A stretch of DNA of 64,000 nucleotides from Mobula hypostoma (Eukaryota): positions 120,964,001-121,028,000 of the forward strand of contig NC_086097.1 in assembly GCF_963921235.1 (NCBI RefSeq). Reading direction: 5' to 3'. Below are positions 49,617 to 62,289 of the stretch, piece after piece. The translations under genes were made by a program, and so were the position numbers. The notes under the pieces are model-generated. The model ran no database searches and was not told the origin of the DNA. It was given only the letters and a program-made list of their open reading frames with translations. How positions within the stretch are numbered: the stretch's first letter is position 1; each line of letters starts with the position of its first letter.

Positions 49617-51535
49617 TGAGGAACCTGAAAGCCAGGATCAGGGAGGCTAAAGACAGGTACAGGAGGAAGCTTGAGTGGAAACTCCAGCAGAACAACATGA
49701 GAGAGGTCTGGAGGGGGATGAGGACCATCACTGGGTTTCAGCAAACTAGCAACAGAGGAGCTGAAGGCAGTGTGGACAGGGCCAACGAACTTAACCTGTT
49801 CTTTAACAGATTTGACATTGTGACCCCTTCCCATCCCCCACATGAGCCATCTGTTGTCGTCCCCCAACCAACACATATTCCACTCTCCCCTCCTACCCCT
49901 CCTCACAGTCCCCCACCCTGCTCTCATGACTATACCCCTCCCCCACATGAAACCACCACGGTGAGCTACACAGCTGAACAGGTGAGAAGACAGCTGAAAC
50001 GTCTCAACCCAAGCAAGACTGCAGGACCGGATCGTGTCAGTACCAGGGTGCTCATAGCCTGTTCCCCTCAGCTATATGGAGTACTTCGCTATGTATTCAA
50101 CATGAGCCTGAGGCTCCGGAGGGTTCCTGTGCTGTGGAAGATGCCCTGTCTCATCCCTGTGCTGAAGACGCCACGCCCCAGCAGCCTCAATGACTACAGA
50201 CCAGTGGCATTGACCTCCCACATCATGAAGACCCTGGAAAGAGTTGTTCTGGAGCTGCTCCAGCCTATGGTCAGGCCACACTTAGATCCCCTCCAGTTCG
50301 CCTACCAGCCCGACTAGGAGTTGAGGATGCCATCGTCTACCTGCTGAACCGTGTCTACGCCCACCTGGACAAGCCAGCGAGCACTGTGAGGATCATGTTT
50401 TTTGACTTCTCCAGTGCGTTCAACACCATCTGCCCTGCTCTGCTGGGGGAGAAGCTGACAGCGATGCAGGTGGATGCTTCCCTGGTATCATGGATTCTTG
50501 ATTACCTGACTGGCAGACCACAGTACGTGTGCTTGCAACACTGTGTGCCCGACAGAGTGATCAGCAGCACTGGGGCTCCACAGGGGACTGTCTTGTCTCC
50601 CTTTCTATTCACCATTTACACCTCAGACTCCAACTACTGCATAGAGTCTTGTCATCTTCAGAAGTTTTCTGATGACTCTGCCATAGTTGGATGCATCAGC
50701 AAGGGAGATGAGGTTGAGTACAGAGCTACGGTAGGAAACTTTGTCACATGATGTGAGCAGAATTATCTGCAGCTTAATGTGAAAAAGACTAAGGAGCTGG
50801 TGGTATACCTGAGGAGAGCTAAGGTACCGGTGACCCCTGTTTCCATCCAGGGGGTCAGTGTGGACGTGGTGGAGGATTACAAATACCTGGGGATACGAAT
50901 TGACAATAAACTGGACTGGTCAAAGAACACTGAGGCTGTCTACAAGAAGGGTCAGAGCTGTCTCTATTTCCTGAGGAGACTGAGGTCCTTTAACATCTGC
51001 CGGATGATGCTGAGGATGTTCTACGAGTCTGTGGTGGCCAGTGCTATCACGTTTGCTGTTGTGTGCTGGGGCAGCAGGATGACGGTAGCAGACACCAACA
51101 GAATCAGCAAACTCATTCGTAAGGCCAGTGATGTTGTGGGGATGGAACTGGACTCTCTGACGGTGGTGTCTGAAAAGAGGATGCTGTCTAAGTTGCATGC
51201 CATCTTGGTCAATATCTCCCATCCACTACATAATGTACTGGGTGGGCACAGGAGTACATTCAGCCAGAGACTCATTCCTCTGAGGTGCAGCACAGAGCAT
51301 TATAGGAAGTCATTCCTGCCTGTGGCCATCAAACTTTACAACGCCTCCCTTGGAGGGTCAGACACCCTGAGCCGATAGGCTGGTCCTGGACTTATTTCAT
51401 AATTTACTGGCATAATTTACGTATTAGTATTTAACTATATATGGTTCTATTACTATTTATTATTTATGGTGCAACTGTAACAAAAACCAATTTCCCCCAG
51501 GATCAATAAAGTATGGCTATGACTATGACTATGAC
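49617..51535 (+). mobile_element. Rex1/Babar LINE, 5'-truncated (same subfamily as 25177-27135)
   Basis: Close nucleotide match throughout; (TATGAC)n tail. Confidence 0.95.
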
Positions 51536-51539
51536 TTCT

Positions 51540-52225
51540 GTGAGTCCTTGTGCAAGTCTCCTTTAAGATTAACTTACAGTTTGAGTCAATGGTAAGGAAG
51601 GCCAATGTAATGTTAGTATTCATTTTGTGAGGAGGACTAGAATATGAAAGCAAGGATGTAAAACTGAGGCATTACAAAGCATTGGTCAGATCACACTTCG
51701 AATAATATAAGCAGCTTTCAGCCTCTTATCTCTGAAAGGGTGTGCTGGTGTTGGAGTGGGCCCAGAGGAAGTTCACAAGAATGATCCTGGAAATGAAAGA
51801 GTTAATGTATGGGGAGCCTTTGTTGGCTCTGGGTCATACTCACTGGAGTTTAGAAGCATGAGGGGGGATCTCATTGAAACCTATTGAGTACTGAAAAGAC
51901 ATGGAGAGGATGTTTTCGGTAGTGAGGAAGTCTTGGACCAGAAGGGACAGCCTCAGAATAGAAGCACATCTTTTTATGACAGAGGTGAGGAAGAATATCT
52001 TTAACCAGAGTGTGGTAAATCTGTGGAATTCATTGCCACAAACTACTGTGGAGGCCAATTCATTGGTATGGTTAAAGAGAAGTTTGATAGATTCTTGTTT
52101 AGTAAGGTTGTCAAAGTTTACTTGGAGAAGGCAGGAAAAAATGGGTTGAGAGGATTAATATAGAATGGCAGAGCAGACTCGATGGGCTGAATGGCCTAAT
52201 TCTGCTCCTGTGTCTTATGGACTTA
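51540..52225 (+). mobile_element. Degenerate CR1 3' fragment
   Basis: Encodes VVNLWNSLPQ; tail TCTTATGG. Confidence 0.8.
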
Positions 52226-53602
52226 TAGTTTTATGGACTCATTCAGATGGCTATTTGAGTCCAGAGACACACGGAGGCTGACACTGGTGGTTGTGGGATA
52301 GTCATGCTGGATGGAGTCAAGTGCTGGCAGTTGGGAAGGGAGGGAGCAGAAAATATCCCAAGTCCAATAACACAGGAGCAGAGGAGCGAAACAAGGATTA
52401 TGAAAATCAACAAGTAATATTCCCAGAATGTGTTTGAACACTGACATTACAAAAATGTTTGAAACTCATGATTTTGTCAGGAAAAGATGGCTACTTTTTT
52501 TTTTACAGACACTCCACTTGTTTCTCTCTCTGTGTCCACATTTGCAATGCACAGAGTCATGTAGACAGGGTATGTGTGCGAGATGGAAGGAGCACTTAGC
52601 TCAAGGCTGGAGCCTTCCCCCTTCACAAACACAGGAGTTTTTCAGCTCTGATCGTAATCCATGCTTTCTAAACCAGGCAGCATCCTGGTAAATCTCCTCT
52701 GTACCCTTTCCAATGCTTCCACATCCTTCTTATAGTCAGGCGACCAGAACTGGACACAGTACTCCAAGTGTGGCCTAACCAGAGTTTTATAGAGCTGCAT
52801 CATTACTTCGTGACTCTTAAACTCTGTCCCTCAACTTATGAAAGCTAACACCCCATAAGCTTTCTTAACTACCCTATCCACCTGTGAGGCAACTTTCAGG
52901 GATCTGCGGACATGTACTCCCAGATCCCTCTGCTCCTCCATACTACCAAGTATGCTGCCATTTACTTTCTACTCTGCCTTGGAGTTTGTCCTTCCAAGTG
53001 TACCACCTAACACTTCTCTGGGTTGAACTCCATCTGCCACTTCTCAGCCCACTTCTGCAACCTATCAATGTCTCTCTGCAATCTTTGACAATCCTCTACA
53101 CTATCTACAACACCACCAACCTTTGTGTCATCTGCAAACTTGCCAACCCACCCTTCTACCCCCACATCCAGATCGTTAATAAAAATCACGAAAAGTAAAG
53201 GTCCCAGAACCGATGCTTGTGGGACACCACTGGTCACAACCCTCCAATCCGAATGTGCTCCCTCCACCACAACCCTCTGCCTTCTGCAGGCAAGCCAATT
53301 CTGAAACCACCTGGCCAAATTTCCCTGGATCCCATGCCTTCTGACTTTCTGAATAAGCCTACCGTGTGGAACCTTGCCAAGTACCTTACTGAAATCCATA
53401 TAGATCACATCCACTGCACTACCCTCATCGGTATGTCATGGTCCGGTCCGCGAAGTCCGCATTCCGGTTCACGGTCTAGTTCGTGGACTCAGGACTCCGG
53501 GTCTTCCAGCTGTCCCATGTTTTGATTGAGTTAATCATAGGTACCTGATTCCCATCTTGTGGCTTGGAATAAAAGTAGCCTTGGGGTTGAGTGTGGGCTG
53601 CT

Positions 53603-56600
53603 AATTCAAGTAAGAATACGTGGAACAAGCTCCAAGTCAGTTAAAATAGGTAATGGTACCCCTCAGGGAAGTGTCATTAGTCCAGTTCTTTTTAATGTCA
53701 TGATAAATGATATCTTTGATCAGGCAGGGACGTGGATAGAGCATTGGCTGATTGGCAGGAAACAGAGAGTGGGAATAAAGGGATCCTATTCTGGTTGGCT
53801 GCCGGTTACCAGTGGTGTTCCACAGGGATCAGTGTTGAGGCCGCTTCTTTTTACATGGTACATCAACAATTTGGATTATGGAATAGATGGCTTTGTGGCT
53901 AAGTTTGCTGACAATACGAAGATAGGTGGAGGGGCTGGTAGTGCTGAGGAAACAGAGTTTGCAGAGAGACTTGGATAGATTGGAAGAATGGGCAAAGAAG
54001 TGGCAAATGAAATACAATGTTGGAAAGTGTATGGTTATGCACATTGGCAGAAGAAATAAATGGGCAGACTATTATTTAAATGGGGAAAGAATTCAAAGTT
54101 CTGAGATGCAACGGGACTTGGGAGTCCTCGTACAGGATACCCTTAAGGTTAACCTCCAGGTTGAGTCGGTGGTGTAGAAGGCGAATGCAATGTTGGCATT
54201 CATTTCTAGAGGAATAGAGTATAGGAGCAGGGATGTGATGTTGAGGCTCTATAAGGTGCTGGTGAGACCTCACTTGGAGTACTGTGGGCAGTTTTGGTCT
54301 CCTTATTTAAGAAAGGATATGCTGACATTGGAGAGGGTACAGAGAAGATTCACTAGAATGATTCCGGGAATGAGAGGGTTAACATATGAGGAACATTTGT
54401 CCACTCTTGGACTGTATTCCTTGGAGTTTTGAAGAATGAGGGGAGACCTCATAGAAACATTTCAAATGTTGAAAGGCATGGACAGAGTGAATGTGGCAAA
54501 GTTGTTTCCCATGATGGGGGAGTCTAGTACGAGAGGGCATGACTTAAGGATTGAAGGGCGCCCATTCAGAACAGAAATGCGAAGAAATTTTTTTAGTCAG
54601 AGGGTGGTGAATCTATGGAATTTGTTGCCATGGGCAGCAGTGGAGGCCACGTCATTTGATGTATTTAAGGCAGAGATTGATAGGTATCTGAGTAGCCAGG
54701 GCATCAAAGGTTATAGTGAAAAGGTGGAGGAGTGGGACTAAATGGGAGAATGGATCAGCTCATGATAAAATGGTGGAGCAGACTCAATGGGCCGAATGGC
54801 CGATTTCTGCTCCTTTGTCTTATGGTCTTATGATTTGGCAAATCCTTGTTTGCAGATGATGGTGCAATCTGGAAAAGAGGAAGAAACATTAAGTATATAT
54901 TAAGTCAGGTACAGAAGGCTTTAAGATCAGTTGAAAACTGGGCTAATAAATGGGGTTTCAGGATTTCTGCTTCTAAGTACAAATACATGATTTTTGGCTT
55001 TAGAAGAAAGATTCCTGATTGTGAATTGTGTCTATATGATTCTCCACTAGAAAGAGTCAAGGTATTCAAGTTTTTAGGTGTCTGGTCTGATGAAAGACTT
55101 ACTTGGAGGGTTCATATAGATAAAGCAATTGGAAAGTGTGAGAAAGTTTTAAATGTTATGAGAATTATTGCTGGATGCGACTGGGGAGCAGGGCGGGAAG
55201 CTATGTACTTAATATATCTAGCTATGATTAGATCAGTTATAGATTATGGTTGTATTGTTTATGGTTCTGCTGCTATGGCAGTGCTTGGAAAACTAGACAC
55301 TGTGCAGTCCAAAGCACTTAGACTCTGTTCTGGAGCTTTTAGAACAACATCAGTCCCAGCATTATGTGTGGAGATGGGAGAAGTGCCTCTACATTTAAGA
55401 TGAATTCAGTTGGGCCTGCAGTATTGGGTAAAACTAAATGGATTCATTCACAGCTGTCTACCGAAGTGTCTTTTGCAGGGCAAGTCAGAGCATCAAAGTA
55501 AAATTAAAAGATACTCATTTTTAGATTTGGTTAATAACTGGGCTGTGAAATTGAAACTGACTGAGGAAGACATGGTTGGCCAAATTTGCCTGCCACCCGT
55601 CCCTTTTTGTCTCTTTCCAGAACCAGAAGTAGACCTATTCCTCCTTTTTCAGCTTCAAGGAAGCAGTGCAATTTCATCAGCGTTGATCACAAATGAATAT
55701 TTAAATAATAAATGGGGATCTTATCTGAAGATTTTTACTGATGGCTTAGTGGACCCAGAGAGCAGTAGGGCAGGATTTGGGATGTATGTGTCACAACCTA
55801 GAGTTAAGATTGGTCACCGGGTTTCAGATGGTGTTTCTGTCTTTGCAACAGAGTTATTAGCAGTCCTCTGGGCCTTATGGTGGATAGAAGACTCTTGACC
55901 ACGTAGGGTTATCATCTGTTCGCATTCTGCTGCTGACTTAGAGGCTATAAAAGGGAATAAATCAAAAGCTCATCCTGACATAGTTATTGAGATTCTCTTA
56001 GTGTTGTTTAGAGTAGGGAAGATGGGTTGTGCAGTTAGACTTTCATGGATACCTGGGCATGCTGGGGTGGAGGGAAATGAAATTGTGGATGGCATCGCAA
56101 AGTCTTCCTTACAGAGCAGGCAAGTCGAAATTAGAGTTCCCCTAGGCAGAGTAGAATTGAGAAGTAGGATTAAAAAAGGTATAGACAAGAAGTGGCAGGA
56201 GGATTGGAAAAATGAATTAAGGGGCAGGCATTATTTTTCTAGTCACCTACTAGCTAAAAAGGTCTCAGACTGTTACCTTTTAAGTCGTAGAGATATGGTG
56301 AAATTTACAAGACTTAGGTTGGGGCATTGGGGGCTAAACTATTATTTAAAGATAATAGGAAAACATCCTACTGGATTATGTGACTGTGGTAGTCCAGAGA
56401 CAGTCCAGCACGTTTTGCTGAGCTGTAATCGACATAAAATTGAAAGAAGCATGCTGTTCAAGAGGCTATCTGGCTTAAATTTATTTTGGTTTTCCATTCA
56501 ATCTTTATTTGGCCATCAAGAGAATCAACATCTGATTGAAGAATCTATCATTCAGTTTATACGTGAGACTAGGTTGTATACGAGAATTTGAGTTCCTTGA

Positions 56601-56699
56601 AGTTCTATAAATAATTATACATCCTGCGGAGGGCTGTAATACGCCTAGGTGCGTCTAAACAGCCGGAAAGAGAAGAAGAAGAAGAAGAAGAAGAAGAAG
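53603..56699 (+). mobile_element. Nimb/I-group LINE with RNase H and C-terminal CCHC, 5'-truncated
   Basis: GTPQGSVISP // LFADD, FKFLG, IRSVIDYG, GAFRTT. RNaseH IFTDG, ATELLA, WIPGHAGVEGNEIVD. CDCG.PETVQHVLLSC. (GAA)n tail at 56670-56699. Confidence 0.9.
53731..54832 (+). mobile_element. CR1 3' fragment nested in the Nimb/I RT
   Basis: GVPQGSVL, FADN, LEYCGQFWSP; tail TCTTATGG. Confidence 0.93.
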
Positions 56700-57349
56700 T
56701 GTTTGTCTTGTCAAGATCCCCTGGGAGCAACCTGCTGGTGGAAGGTTGGAGCCGCCACTCGCCATCTTTAGGCCGTGTTGGAGAACCATCGCTTCATGGA
56801 GCTTTGCTGTCAGTAGTTGGAGCTGTCTTTGTGGTATGGATTTGACTGTTTCCCGGGCCAGTTGAGTGGCTGCCGGCCACTCTGAGCTAGGCAAGGATCC
56901 GGCTGTTTCTGTAGCCAGCTGAGGTTGCTGGCTGAACTGAGACTTGGAGCTACCCTGGAGCAGAGATGGAACTGTCTGTTGTTCTTTGGTGTTTGTCTCT
57001 TCATGTTCTTGCCTCTGTGGGGTAAGTCAGGCCGTTCTGCTGTTGCCCTGCGGGGGGTCCTGTCCTGTCCTGTCTTGTCTTGTCTTGTCTTGTCTTGTCC
57101 TCGCCTCCGTGGGGTAAGTCAGGCCATTTTGCCATTGCCCTGCAGGGAGGGGACCTGTCTTGTCTTGTCCTCCCCTCTGTTGGGTAAGTCTGGCCGTTCT
57201 GCCGTTACCCAACAGGTGGACCTGTCCCACCTTGGTGGGGAGTTAAAGATGAGTCCCGGCTTTTCGAAGGATAAATCCCGGCTCTCTGTTGATGTACAGT
57301 TCCCAGTCTGTCTCCGAGCTCTAGCCTCTGAGTTATCAACCTCTGCATT

Positions 57350-57623
57350 CCAAGACCCCAGCTCCCAGTCTCCAAGCCCAAGATCCAAGACCCCAGCTCC
57401 CAGTCTCCAAGCCCAAGATCCAAGACCCCAGCTCCCAGTCTCCAAACCCAAGATCCAAGACCCCAGCTCCCAGTCTCCAAGCCCAAGATCCAAGACCCAG
57501 CTCCCAGTCTCCAAGCCCAAGATCCAAGACCCAGCTCCCAGTCTCCAAGCCCAAGATCCAAGACCCAGCTCCCAGTCTCCAAGCCCAAGATCCAAGACCC
57601 CAGCTTGTCTCCAAGCCCAAGAT
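57350..57623. repeat. 34-35-bp minisatellite (about 8 copies) inside the solo LTR
   Basis: Unit CCAAGACCC(C)AGCTCCCAGTCTCCAAGCCCAAGAT. Confidence 0.95.
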
Positions 57624-58784
57624 CCCAAGCCTCGAAGATCCCCAAGCCCAGGATCCTAGTGCATTGTTCCTTGTCTGGGTTCCCTGTTTTGTCTATACCC
57701 TAGCCCAAATCTGCGTTCTCGTCCCTGCTCCTTGTCTGTATCCTGTCACGTCCCTACTCTAGTCAAGTCCTGTTCCTTGTACTTCAGTGTCTGTCTTGCA
57801 TTTGGGTCAGCAACCAGCGCCCCCTTTGTGACACTATATGCCTGGTCACCTCCTCAAAGAACTCTATCAGGCTTGTTAGACATGATCTGCCCTTCATAAA
57901 GCCATGCTGACTGTCCCTGATCAGACCATGATTCTCTAATTGCCCATAGAGCCTACCTCTAAGAATCTTTTCCAGCAGCTTTCCCACCACAGACGTAAAG
58001 CTCACTGGTCTATAATTACCCGGACCATCCCTACTACCTTTTTTGAACGAGGGGACAACTTTCGTCTCCCTCCAATCCTCCGGTACCATTCCCATGGACA
58101 ACGAGGACATAAAGATCCTAGCCAGGGGCTCAGCAATCTCTTCCCTTGCCTCGTGGAGCAGCCTGGGGAATACTCCATCAGGCCCTGGGGACTTATCTGT
58201 CTTAATGTATTTTAATAACTCCAGCACATCCTCTGCCTTAATATCAACATGTTCCAGAACATCAACCTCACTCATTCTGTCATCACCGTCACCAAGTTCC
58301 CTCTCATTGGTGAATACCGAAGAGAAGTATTCATTGAGGACCTCACTCACTTCCACAGCCTCCAGGCACATCTTCCCACCTTTATCTCTAATCGGTCCTA
58401 CCTTCACTCGTGTCATCCTTTTGTTCTTCACATAATTGAAGAATGCCTTGGGGTTTTCCTTTACCCTACTTGCCAAGGCCTTCTCATGCCCCCTTCTTGC
58501 TCTTCTCAGCCCCTTCTTTAACAGACCAACATAAAACGAGGAAATGACTTGCTGATTCCATGTCACCCAATCCTACCAAGTTAAACCCAGCTGATGAATC
58601 AGTACTTTTCTAAGAAGAGCAAGATCACAAACTCTTTTCATCGTTATAGAGTTGTACAGCTTAGAAACAAGCCCTTTAGTCCATCACATCCAAATCAACT
58701 ACACTCTAATACTAACCCAACTTGCTTGAATTAATTCTTTATCCACCTATACCCTACTCATTCAAGTACCTTTCAATCAATGAA

Positions 58785-59675
58785 ATCAAATCAAGTGTAA
58801 TTATCATTCCGACCATACATGGATGCAGTCTAACAAGACAGCATTCCTCTGGGGCCCAGGTGTGTAACATGCATTCAAATTAGTGAGGGAGAGAAAAAAG
58901 CCCACACATCATTACAGAAGAAATCACATCTATGGTCTAAGTCCCTGAGCAACGTTCAAATTGATGGTACAGCTCTTGGACAACCCAGCCTGTCCTTCTG
59001 CCAGTCAGACACTGGAGGGCAGCACTGACAGAAGAGCCCAGTTCCCAACCGAGCACACACTACGCTGCCTCCAGCATCATCTCGCCTAGATTGCAGTAGC
59101 AGGCAAGCCAATTTGAGTCCTTGTCCTCACTATAAATGAGGCCACGCTGCTGACAATTCACCTGTCTCGTCACCAAACAAGGGAAACAGGCCTGCAGCAT
59201 CTCACATCATCAATGTCCAACAGGGACTTGCGATCGCAAAAGAAACGTCCAAGTCAGTCACTCATCATTACACTGCACGTTGTTTTAGTGCACCAATTCC
59301 AATGTCTTCGAATAGCCGGCAGCAGCACAGTCTGCATCCAGTGTCCTCCAAACCCTCTACTGGTCGACGACTGGCTTCTCCTCCTTCCAGCTGAGCCCCA
59401 GCTTCTCTTTCTCCCGACCGAGCGCCGGCTTCACCTTCTCCCGGCATCCACTAGCTTCTCCTTCTTCAATCAGTCCACCAGCTGCTTCAACACTCCGGCC
59501 AGCGGCTCCGAACAATGAACAGATCACTGATGCGATAGACCTGCTGTATCTGTTGTTCTTGGATTACAGTATACTCTTATGATCATAAAAAAACACATTT
59601 TAAAAAGAAAAGTCCACCTCTGTTTGGCCCATGCGAGGCCGCTGGGTTCAAATGCACTGACATCTTACCAGAAGT
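58785..59675 (-). mobile_element. Non-coding ~0.9-kb retroelement-like repeat
   Basis: Tail-like CAAATCAAG at the left end. The 5' end on the minus strand, ACTTCTGGTAAGATG, resembles an ETS/YY1-type internal promoter start. Confidence 0.4.
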
Positions 59676-60069
59676 AAAATGCTTTTTATCTATTGTTACA
59701 ACCAGTGACCACTTTATTAGGTACACCTGTATACCTGCTCGTTAATGCAAATACCTAATGCAGCAGCAACTCAATGCATAAAAGCACGCAGACATGGTCA
59801 AGGGGTTCAGTTGTTGTTCAGATCAAACAACAGAATGAGGAGGAAATATGATCTACGTGATTTTGAAGGTGGAATGTTTGATAGTGCAAGACAGGATAGT
59901 CTGAGTTGTTCCTTACTGTCCTGTTGACTTTGGGAAGTTTGCAATATGCCCTCAGCAGTGTGACACTGCCCTTTTTGTTTAACCACATGATTCTGTTTGA
60001 GCAGCCTTCTAGGATATTCACCCTCAACACTGCTGATCCCCTGGGACTTTCATACAACAGCCTCTAGAG

Positions 60070-60149
60070 TAGGGATTCCCAACTTTTTTTATGCCATGGA
60101 CTCCTACCATTAATCGAGGGGTCTGTATACCCCAGTTTGGAAATCCCTG
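60070..60149. mobile_element. 80-bp hAT (Charlie-like) MITE
   Basis: TIRs TAGGGATTCCCAA and TTGGAAATCCCTG. Preceded by the CTCTAGAG target; right-hand TSD copy absent. Confidence 0.65.
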
Positions 60150-60261
60150 TTAACAGAAAGTGGTTCAAAAAACAAAAAAAAAAATCAAGTGAGCAGCAGT
60201 TCTGGAGGTGAAAATGCCTTGTTAATGAGAGAGTTCAGAAGAGAATGGGCATCCTGTTTCA

Positions 60262-61355
60262 AGCGACATTGCTTTGTGGATCCAGAACTGGCTTGTCCAC
60301 AGAAAGCGAAGAGTGGTTGTAGATGGGTGATATCCTGCTTGGAGGTCGGTCACCAGTGGTGTGCCTCAGGGATCTGGTCTGGGATCATTGTTCTTCATGA
60401 TTTTTATAGATGACCTGGATGAAGAAATGGAGGGATGGGTTAGTAATTTGCTGATGACACAAAGGTTGGGGGTGTTGTGGATAGTGTGGAGGGCTGTCAG
60501 AGGTTACAGTGGGACATTGATAGGATGCAAAACTGGGCTGAGAAGTGGCAAATGAAGTTCAACCCAGATATGTGTGAAGTGGTTCATTTTGGTGGGTCAA
60601 ATATGATGGCAGAATATAGTATTAACACTAAAACTCTTGGCAATGTGGAGGATCAGAGGGTTCTTGGGGTCTGAGTCCATAGGACACTCAAAGCTACTGC
60701 ATAGGTTGAATCTATGGTGAAGAGTGCATACGGTGCATTGGCCCTCATCAATTGTGGGACTGAGTTTAGGAGCCAAGAGGTAATGTTGCAGCTATATAGG
60801 ACCCTGGTCAAACCCCACTTGGAGTACTGTGCTCAGTTGTGGTCGCCTAGCTATAGGAAGGATATGGAAACCATAGAAAGGGTGCAGAGGAGACATACAA
60901 GGATGTTGCCTGGATTGGGGAACATGCCTTATGAGAATAGGTTGAGTGAACTTGGCCTTTTTCCCTTGGAGCGACAGAGAATGAGAAGAGACCTGATAGA
61001 GGTATAAGATGATGAGAAGTATTGATTGTGTGAATAGTCAGAGGCTTTTTTCCCAGGGCTGGAATGGCTAGCACAAGAGCGCACAGTTATTAAGGTGCTT
61101 GGAAGTAGGTACAGAAAAGATGTCAGGGGTAAGTTTTTTTACACAGGGAGTGGTGAGTGCGTGGAATAGGCTGCCGGCAACAGTGGTGGAGGCGAATGTA
61201 TAGGGTCTTTTAAGAGACTCCTGGACAGGTATATGGAGCTCAGAAAAATAGAGGGTTATGGGTAAACCTAGGTAATTTCTAAGGCAAGGACATTTTTGGC
61301 ACAGCTTTGTGGGCCAAAGGGCTTGTATTGTGCTGTAAGTTTTCTACGTTTCCAT
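60262..61355 (+). mobile_element. CR1 3' fragment, subfamily B
   Basis: Reverse-complement match to 13375-14475. Confidence 0.93.
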
Positions 61356-62289
61356 GAACAGGAAGCTGACAGCAACTCAAACGACAACATTTTACAACAG
61401 TGGTGTGCAAAGTACATTGAACTTTGAAGTGGACGAGCTACATCAGCAGAACACCATGAACGTGCACTCAGTAGCCACTTTATTGGGTACAAGAGCTACC
61501 CAAGAGATTGTGGTTACTACCTCTGACTGCCCATCCCAGATACTAAATTCTTGAGCGCTAGGTTGCAACCAGAGATCTTACAAAGAAACTTAAGGAAAAC
61601 ACTTGTTGATATATAAATGTTCATTTTGCGAAATGATTTCTTGGAGTGTGACCCCTTGGTATATCCAGGAACATCTGTACTTTCATCTTTTGAAGAACTC
61701 CAGCTGGGATGTTGAATACGTGGAAGTGTGGAGTTGAAAGAGCAAGCAGATCAGTTATGACCTCACTGAATGACAGAGCAAGTTTGAGGGGTTGTGTGGC
61801 ATACTCCTGCTCTTAATTTTTGTTTTCTATATTTTCCTACTCAGAAATGAGCTGGAGAAAGGCCAGCAGTATCACAAAGGATCCCACCAACCCTACTCAT
61901 CGGCTGTTTATCCCACTCCCATCTGGGAAGACACTACATAGCATCCATGTCAGGACCACCAGACTCAAAAAAAAAAGTTACTTCCTCTAAGCAGTAAGGC
62001 GAATCAACACTTCTACCCACTAACCAGACCACCAAATCCCGCACCACCACTTAATCATTTCCTGTCAGAGTCATCTTATGTACAGATACTCCTGTACCTT
62101 TACAATTTACAATTAACCCATGCATTTAATCTATCAAATACATTTATATTTACGTGTTCTTTATCTTCTTGTGGGTTTTTTGTGCTGCTTCTGATCTGGA
62201 CTAACAATTATTTCATTCTCCTTTACACTTGTGTATCGGAAATGACGTTAAACAATCTTGAATCTTGTGTCTTGAATTTTTGGTGACTT

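Larger units (their letters stand above)
53434..57833 (+). mobile_element. Long solo LTR (about 1.3 kb; parts 53434-53602 and 56700-57833)
   Basis: Inverted termini TGTCA...TGACA interrupt the CR1 precisely. U5-like TTGCATTTGGGTC near the end. TSD is not clean (CGGTA/CTATA). Confidence 0.75.
52660..58520 (-). mobile_element. CR1 ORF2 segment split by a solo LTR (pieces 52660-53430 and 57834-58520)
   Basis: EFFEEVTRHI ends at about 57834 and continues DEGSAVDVIYMDFSK at about 53428; FADD at about 53130. Confidence 0.92.
59700..61490 (+). mobile_element. Tc1-derived MITE-like element (family of 2772-3342), interrupted by a hAT MITE and a CR1
   Basis: CAGTGACCACTTTATTAGGTACACC at 59703; CACTCAGTAGCCACTTTATT at about 61465. 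Confidence 0.8.

Noticed and set aside
57350..57623. Regular 34-35-bp repeats resembling a CRISPR array
   Set aside because: Units are head-to-tail with no unique spacers, there are no cas genes, and the context is eukaryotic. It is a minisatellite.
56925..57659. 244-aa ORF and several overlapping antisense ORFs
   Set aside because: They are open only because the tandem repeats lack stop codons; low-complexity translations.
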